64,000 bases of DNA, from contig CBFIBH010000002.1 of the NCBI GenBank assembly GCA_965660845.1, positions 290,631 to 354,630 of the forward strand, read 5' to 3'. Positions 57,815-64,000 of the stretch are shown here, in pieces. The translations under genes were made by a program, and so were the position numbers. Every line of letters begins with the position of its first letter. Within the stretch, counting starts at the first letter, position 1. The notes under the pieces were generated by a model that was given only the letters and a program-made list of their open reading frames with translations, did no database searches and was not told the origin of the DNA. The DNA comes from Flavobacteriaceae bacterium. Its GTDB lineage: Bacteria > Bacteroidota > Bacteroidia > Flavobacteriales > Flavobacteriaceae.

Positions 57815-58279
57815 TTAGCCTAACCAAGAATTCAACATCCAAATTGTTTTTTCTTGTTCAGAAATAAAGTCGCTCATCATGGCGTTTGTTCCTTCATCAT
57901 TAGCTTCGTCTGATAAATCTAAAATTTCTCTTTCAATTTTCAGTAAAGTTGATAAAGACTCTACTATCAATGAAATAGCCTCTTCATCTTTAGCAACATT
58001 TTTTGCGATAGGAACTTTTGCTATTGCTATATAATCAGAAAACGTATGGAATGGAACTCCTTGTAATGTAAGAATTCGTTCTGCAGTCATGTCTACTTTA
58101 TCCTGTGCATCTGTATATAATTCCTCAAATTTTAAATGTAATTCAAAGAAGTTCTTTCCTTTTATATTCCAGTGTAAACCACGTAAACTCTGATAATATA
58201 TTTGAAAATTTCCTAATAAATCATTTAATTGATTAGTTAACTCTTTTGTTTGTTTTGTATCTAAACCTAGTATATTCAT
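57815..58279 (-). CDS. dps: Dps DNA protection protein
   Basis: HWNIKGKNFFELHLKFEELY..DMTAER ferroxidase signature, KTIWML. Confidence 0.95.
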   Translation of the reverse strand: MNILGLDTKQTKELTNQLNDLLGNFQIYYQSLRGLHWNIKGKNFFELHLKFEELYTDAQDKVDMTAERILTLQGVPFHTFSDYIAIAKVPIAKNVAKDEEAISLIVESLSTLLKIEREILDLSDEANDEGTNAMMSDFISEQEKTIWMLNSWLG

Positions 58280-58303
58280 TTTTTTTTATTTTTAAAATCT
58301 ATA

Positions 58304-58360
58304 CAAATTTAGTTTTAAATTATTTTTTCTTATCATAGTTTTTATCAATAGATTTAATAT
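58304..58360. promoter_or_regulatory. dps -7 element and candidate OxyR operator in the divergent dps/oxyR spacer
   Basis: TAAATTTG on the minus strand (58304-58311); ATAG-N7-CAAT-N7-ATAT at 58335-58360. Confidence 0.55.
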
Positions 58361-58381
58361 CTTTATCAAAATTTACTATAC

Positions 58382-59323
58382 ATGACAATCACCCAATTAA
58401 AATATGTTCTATCTGTTGCAGAACATGGTAACTTTACGGTGGCAGCAGAACATAGTTTTGTAACGCAACCCACATTGAGTATGCAGATTCAAAAATTAGA
58501 GGACGAATTAGATGTACAAATATTCAATCGTGCTAAAAAACCAATAGAATTAACCGATGTTGGAAAAAAAGTTGTTGAACAAGCTAAAATTATTGTTGAT
58601 GAGAGCACTCGAATTACAGATATAGTACATCAACACAAAGGATTTATTGGTGGTGAATTTAGATTAGGTATTATTCCGACAGTGATGCCAACTTTACTTC
58701 CTATGTTTCTAAATAATTTTACTCATAAATATCCAAAGGTCAAATTAATTATAGAAGAATTAACTACTGAGGAAATCATTAGAAAACTTACAGATGGTTA
58801 TATTGATGCTGGATTAGCTGCTACTCCACTAGAAAATGATGCTATCAAAGAACGTCCTTTGTATTACGAACCCTTTGTTGGCTTGATTCCAGAAGGTCAT
58901 CGATTGTTTTCTCAAAAAAAAATAGATGTAGATGAATTAGAAATGGATGACATCCTTTTATTAGAAGATGGACATTGTTTTAAAGATAGTGTGATTAATC
59001 TTTGCAGAAGCTACAAAACAGATAATAAAAAGGGGTTTCAATTAGAAAGTGGAAGTTTTAACACGCTTGTAAAACTATCCAAAGAGGGCTTAGGAATGAC
59101 GCTTCTTCCCTATTTACAAACTTTAGATTTGAATGAAAGTGACAAAAAGCACTTAAGAGAATTTAATTCTCCTCCACCAGCAAGAGAGGTAAGTTTAATT
59201 TATCATAAATCTCAATTGAAAATGCAACTAATTGAAGCATTGAAAACCACCATTGATGGTATTGTAAGAGGTGCTATTTCATTTAGTGATGTGAAAATTA
59301 TTTCCCCACTTCAAAAGAAATAA
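58382..59323 (+). CDS. oxyR: H2O2-sensing LysR regulator OxyR
   Basis: LysR HTH; LEDGHCFKDSVINLC with both redox cysteines (C-x8-C); divergent from dps. Confidence 0.92.
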   Translation: MTITQLKYVLSVAEHGNFTVAAEHSFVTQPTLSMQIQKLEDELDVQIFNRAKKPIELTDVGKKVVEQAKIIVDESTRITDIVHQHKGFIGGEFRLGIIPTVMPTLLPMFLNNFTHKYPKVKLIIEELTTEEIIRKLTDGYIDAGLAATPLENDAIKERPLYYEPFVGLIPEGHRLFSQKKIDVDELEMDDILLLEDGHCFKDSVINLCRSYKTDNKKGFQLESGSFNTLVKLSKEGLGMTLLPYLQTLDLNESDKKHLREFNSPPPAREVSLIYHKSQLKMQLIEALKTTIDGIVRGAISFSDVKIISPLQKK

Positions 59324-59351
59324 AAAAAGGCAGCCAATTGGCCGCTTTTTT

Positions 59352-59353
<2 letters not shown>
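59324..59353. terminator. Probable bidirectional terminator (imperfect stem)
   Basis: AAAAAAGGCAGCC-aatt-GGCCGCTTTTTT between convergent genes. Confidence 0.6.
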
Positions 59354-61070
<1,717 letters not shown>

Positions 61071-61193
61071 TTAAATTCAATTTGATATTTTCAGCTTTTA
61101 AATAAAAAATCGTCTTCTTTTCTTTTAACAAGGTATTAACAGGGAAAGGAATATTGATATTTATTTTTGTAATATAAAACACGTTAGAATAGT

Positions 61194-62573
61194 TTGATGA
61201 TAGAAAGATTACGTACACTATTTTTTTTACCCTTAATCGTATTTGTTTTTGGTTGCAATAATCAGCCTGAAACGAATGAAACTTACTTTGGTGGAAAAAT
61301 AATGAATCCTAAGTCAGATCATGTTATTCTATATTCTCAGGAAAAAGCTATTGATACATTTTTTCTTGATCAAAACAACAGTTTTCTAGAGAAATTAGAT
61401 GTTCAAGAAGGTTTATTTTATTTTAAACACGGACCAGAACATCAATATGTGTATTTAGAGCCTAAAGACAGTATATTAATTAGACTAAATACTTGGAATT
61501 TTGATGAGTCTTTAGTTTTTAGTGGTAAAGGAGCAGACAGAAACAACATGTTGATTGATTGTTTTACTGATGCTGAAAAAGATAAAAGAAAGTTTTACAA
61601 ACTATATAAATTAGAACCGAAAGAGTTTACATCTAAAGTTCAAAAGATTGAAAAGTTAAAAATGGAACGTTATGAACAATTTTTAACTAGAAATAAAAAT
61701 GAAACTCAACAATTCAAAGAGGTTCTTAAAATGGCTTTGCTTTATCCTATTTACAGTAAAGTAGAAGATTATCCTTTGGCTAGAAGAAGAGGTTCTAGAA
61801 CATTAAGACTCAACGAGCTTGACTCAACTTTTTACAGTCATCGTTCCATAATAGATATCAATAAAGATTCTATTATGTTTTTTAATGCTTACAGAAACTA
61901 TGTAATAAGTCATTTATACAACACTGTTTTTTCTGAAGGTAATGACATTGATTCTGAAGACTTTACCATCCAATTATTAGACAAAGTAGACAACAATATT
62001 AACAATAGAGAAACAAAAAATGCTTTGTTGCGTCAAATAGCGATAGGACATTTTTATAGAAAATCTACTTGTAATGTAAATAAAAACGCCTTTAATTCCT
62101 TCTTCAAAATGAGTACAAGCGAAGAGGATAAAAAACTGGTTAATAACCTATTGGATGATATTAAAAACCTTCACAAAGGAAATAAAGTGAGTCCTTTTGA
62201 AATAATTGATTACAATAAGGTAACTCACAATATTAGTTCAGTTATTAGAGGTAAAAAATCAGTTGTATATTTTTGGAATCCAGTTTACATGAGTAAAGAT
62301 TATGTAGCTTCAAAAGTAAACTACTTCAGAAAAAAATATCCAGAATTAAACTTTGTAGGTGTCAAGATAAATAATGGTAAAGTAAATAGAATAAAAGGGC
62401 TAGACATTAAATCTCAATTTTATCTAACAGACAAAAGCGAAGCCAATAAATTTTTAACTAGTCAAATGCCAAGAACTATTTTAGTTGACAAAAATGGAAT
62501 AGTAATTAATGGTTATGCTTCACTCTCTTCTCAAAATATTTACCAACAAATTGGAGAATTAGCAAAGTACTAA
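61194..62573 (+). CDS. Lipoprotein with a degenerate C-terminal thioredoxin-like (TlpA-like) domain
   Basis: Lipobox FVFG-C; VVYFW...PRTILVDKNGIV; no CxxC. Confidence 0.65.
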   Translation: MMIERLRTLFFLPLIVFVFGCNNQPETNETYFGGKIMNPKSDHVILYSQEKAIDTFFLDQNNSFLEKLDVQEGLFYFKHGPEHQYVYLEPKDSILIRLNTWNFDESLVFSGKGADRNNMLIDCFTDAEKDKRKFYKLYKLEPKEFTSKVQKIEKLKMERYEQFLTRNKNETQQFKEVLKMALLYPIYSKVEDYPLARRRGSRTLRLNELDSTFYSHRSIIDINKDSIMFFNAYRNYVISHLYNTVFSEGNDIDSEDFTIQLLDKVDNNINNRETKNALLRQIAIGHFYRKSTCNVNKNAFNSFFKMSTSEEDKKLVNNLLDDIKNLHKGNKVSPFEIIDYNKVTHNISSVIRGKKSVVYFWNPVYMSKDYVASKVNYFRKKYPELNFVGVKINNGKVNRIKGLDIKSQFYLTDKSEANKFLTSQMPRTILVDKNGIVINGYASLSSQNIYQQIGELAKY

Positions 62574-62595
62574 ACTCTCTTTCATTAATTTAAGT

Positions 62596-62603
62596 TACAT
62601 TTG
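62596..62603 (+). promoter_or_regulatory. Sigma-A -7 element of the DEAD-box helicase gene
   Basis: TACATTTG, 78 nt upstream of the ATG. Confidence 0.65.
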
Positions 62604-62681
62604 CCGCTCTTAAGAATTTAGTAAAGTCGATTTTAGGTAACGATTTACAGGTGGGCGTCTGTGAATCATAAAAAACACAGT

Positions 62682-64000
62682 ATGTCAACATTCAAAGCTT
62701 TAGGGCTAAACGATGCAATAATTAAAGCATTAACAGATTTAGGTTACGAGAAACCTACTACTATTCAAGAAAAAGCAATTCCACAAATTTTATCTTCTTA
62801 TCAAGATGTAAAAGCTTTTGCACAAACAGGAACTGGAAAAACAGCAGCATTTAGTTTGCCTATTTTAGAGCAAATCATAGCAGACAATTCAAATACACAA
62901 GCAATTATTTTATCACCTACTCGTGAGCTAGCAGTTCAAATAGGAAAAAATATTGCTGAATTTTCTAAGTATTTAGACAAAACAAAAGTTGTTACTGTTT
63001 ACGGTGGAGCAAACATTGATGAACAGATTAAAAAATTAAAAAGAGGTGCTCATATTGTAGTTGGAACTCCAGGAAGAACACTTGATTTAATTAACAGAAG
63101 AGCCTTAAAACTACAAAACATTAATTGGTTGGTTTTAGATGAAGCTGATGAGATGTTAAACATGGGTTTTAAAGAAGAAATTGATAAAATTTTAGGAGTA
63201 ACACCAGAAGAAAAACAAACACTTTTGTTTTCTGCAACATTTCCAAAAGAAGTAGAATCTATTGCTAAAAATTACATGACAACTCCAATAGAAATAACTT
63301 CTGGGGAAAAAAATGTAGGATCAGAAAACGTTCAACATGAATTTTATTTGATAAACGATAGATCTCGATATTCAGCATTAAAAAGAATTGCAGATATCAA
63401 TCCAAATATTTATGCCATCATTTTTTGTAGAACTCGAAGAGAAACTCAAGAGGTTGCTGATAAATTAATAACCGATGGTTATAGTGCAGATTCTTTACAT
63501 GGTGATTTATCACAAGCACAAAGAGACTCTGTAATGGAGAAGTTTCGTCAAAAGAACATTCAGATGTTGGTAGCAACAGATGTTGCTGCAAGAGGTTTGG
63601 ATGTAGATAATTTAACTCATGTAATCAATCATAAATTACCAGACCAAATTGAAAACTACACGCATAGAAGTGGTAGAACAGGAAGAGCTGGTAAACAAGG
63701 TATTTCTATTGCTTTGGTTACTCAAAGAGAAAAAGGCAGACTCTCTCCTATTGAAAGAAAAATCAAAAAGAAATTTGTTCAAACTGCAATTCCTACAGGT
63801 GAAGAGGTTTGTCAAAAACAATTGATGCACTTAATAGATAGAGTAAAAGCTATTGATGTAAATACCTCAGAAATTGAAAGTTTCTTACCTAAAATTTACG
63901 AAAAACTAGAAGGTTTAGACAGAGAAGAATTAATTCAACGATTTGTATCTCTTGAGTTTAACTCATTTCTATCCTATTATGAAAATGCTAAAGATTTAAA
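62682..64000 (+). CDS. DEAD-box RNA helicase (DeaD/CsdA-like), 3'-truncated by the window edge; missing from the ORF track
   Basis: ATG 62682 MSTFKALGL; AQTGTGKT, SPTRELA, LDEADEML, FSAT, HRSGRTGRAG. Confidence 0.95.
   Translation, partial: MSTFKALGLNDAIIKALTDLGYEKPTTIQEKAIPQILSSYQDVKAFAQTGTGKTAAFSLPILEQIIADNSNTQAIILSPTRELAVQIGKNIAEFSKYLDKTKVVTVYGGANIDEQIKKLKRGAHIVVGTPGRTLDLINRRALKLQNINWLVLDEADEMLNMGFKEEIDKILGVTPEEKQTLLFSATFPKEVESIAKNYMTTPIEITSGEKNVGSENVQHEFYLINDRSRYSALKRIADINPNIYAIIFCRTRRETQEVADKLITDGYSADSLHGDLSQAQRDSVMEKFRQKNIQMLVATDVAARGLDVDNLTHVINHKLPDQIENYTHRSGRTGRAGKQGISIALVTQREKGRLSPIERKIKKKFVQTAIPTGEEVCQKQLMHLIDRVKAIDVNTSEIESFLPKIYEKLEGLDREELIQRFVSLEFNSFLSYYENAKDL

Overview
AT-rich chromosomal window from a marine Flavobacteriaceae bacterium (Polaribacter/Tenacibaculum-like, inferred from gene content, Bacteroidota TAnnTTTG promoters and T9SS cargo). 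It is mostly housekeeping: ftcD, aroQ, xerD, zapA-6S RNA-rny, bcp, nth, an ECF sigma factor, uvrA, tRNA-His, bshB1, pcm, a MacAB-like operon, dps/oxyR, an ABC-F protein and a DEAD-box helicase running off the right end. It also carries a blh/proteorhodopsin phototrophy pair. No transposase, prophage or CRISPR array was seen. Three intact modules of unclear function stand out. (1) A VIT-vWA protein, a lipoprotein with a caspase-like His/Cys spacing, a beta-propeller sensor kinase and a LytTR regulator, preceded by a perfect 14-nt direct repeat with a 21-bp period. (2) A 1344-aa T9SS-secreted fusion of FG-GAP/ASPIC repeats with a vanadium haloperoxidase domain. (3) A GshB-like ATP-grasp ligase, an N-formylglutamate amidohydrolase and a QEGLA metallopeptidase in one operon. 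Several accessory genes are broken by nonsense, frameshift or deletion lesions while core genes are intact. Features absent from the ORF track include the 6S RNA, tRNA-His, a 47-aa ORF behind the ECF sigma gene, an ECF-type promoter and a structured helicase leader. All family assignments come from motif recognition by eye; no database search was run.
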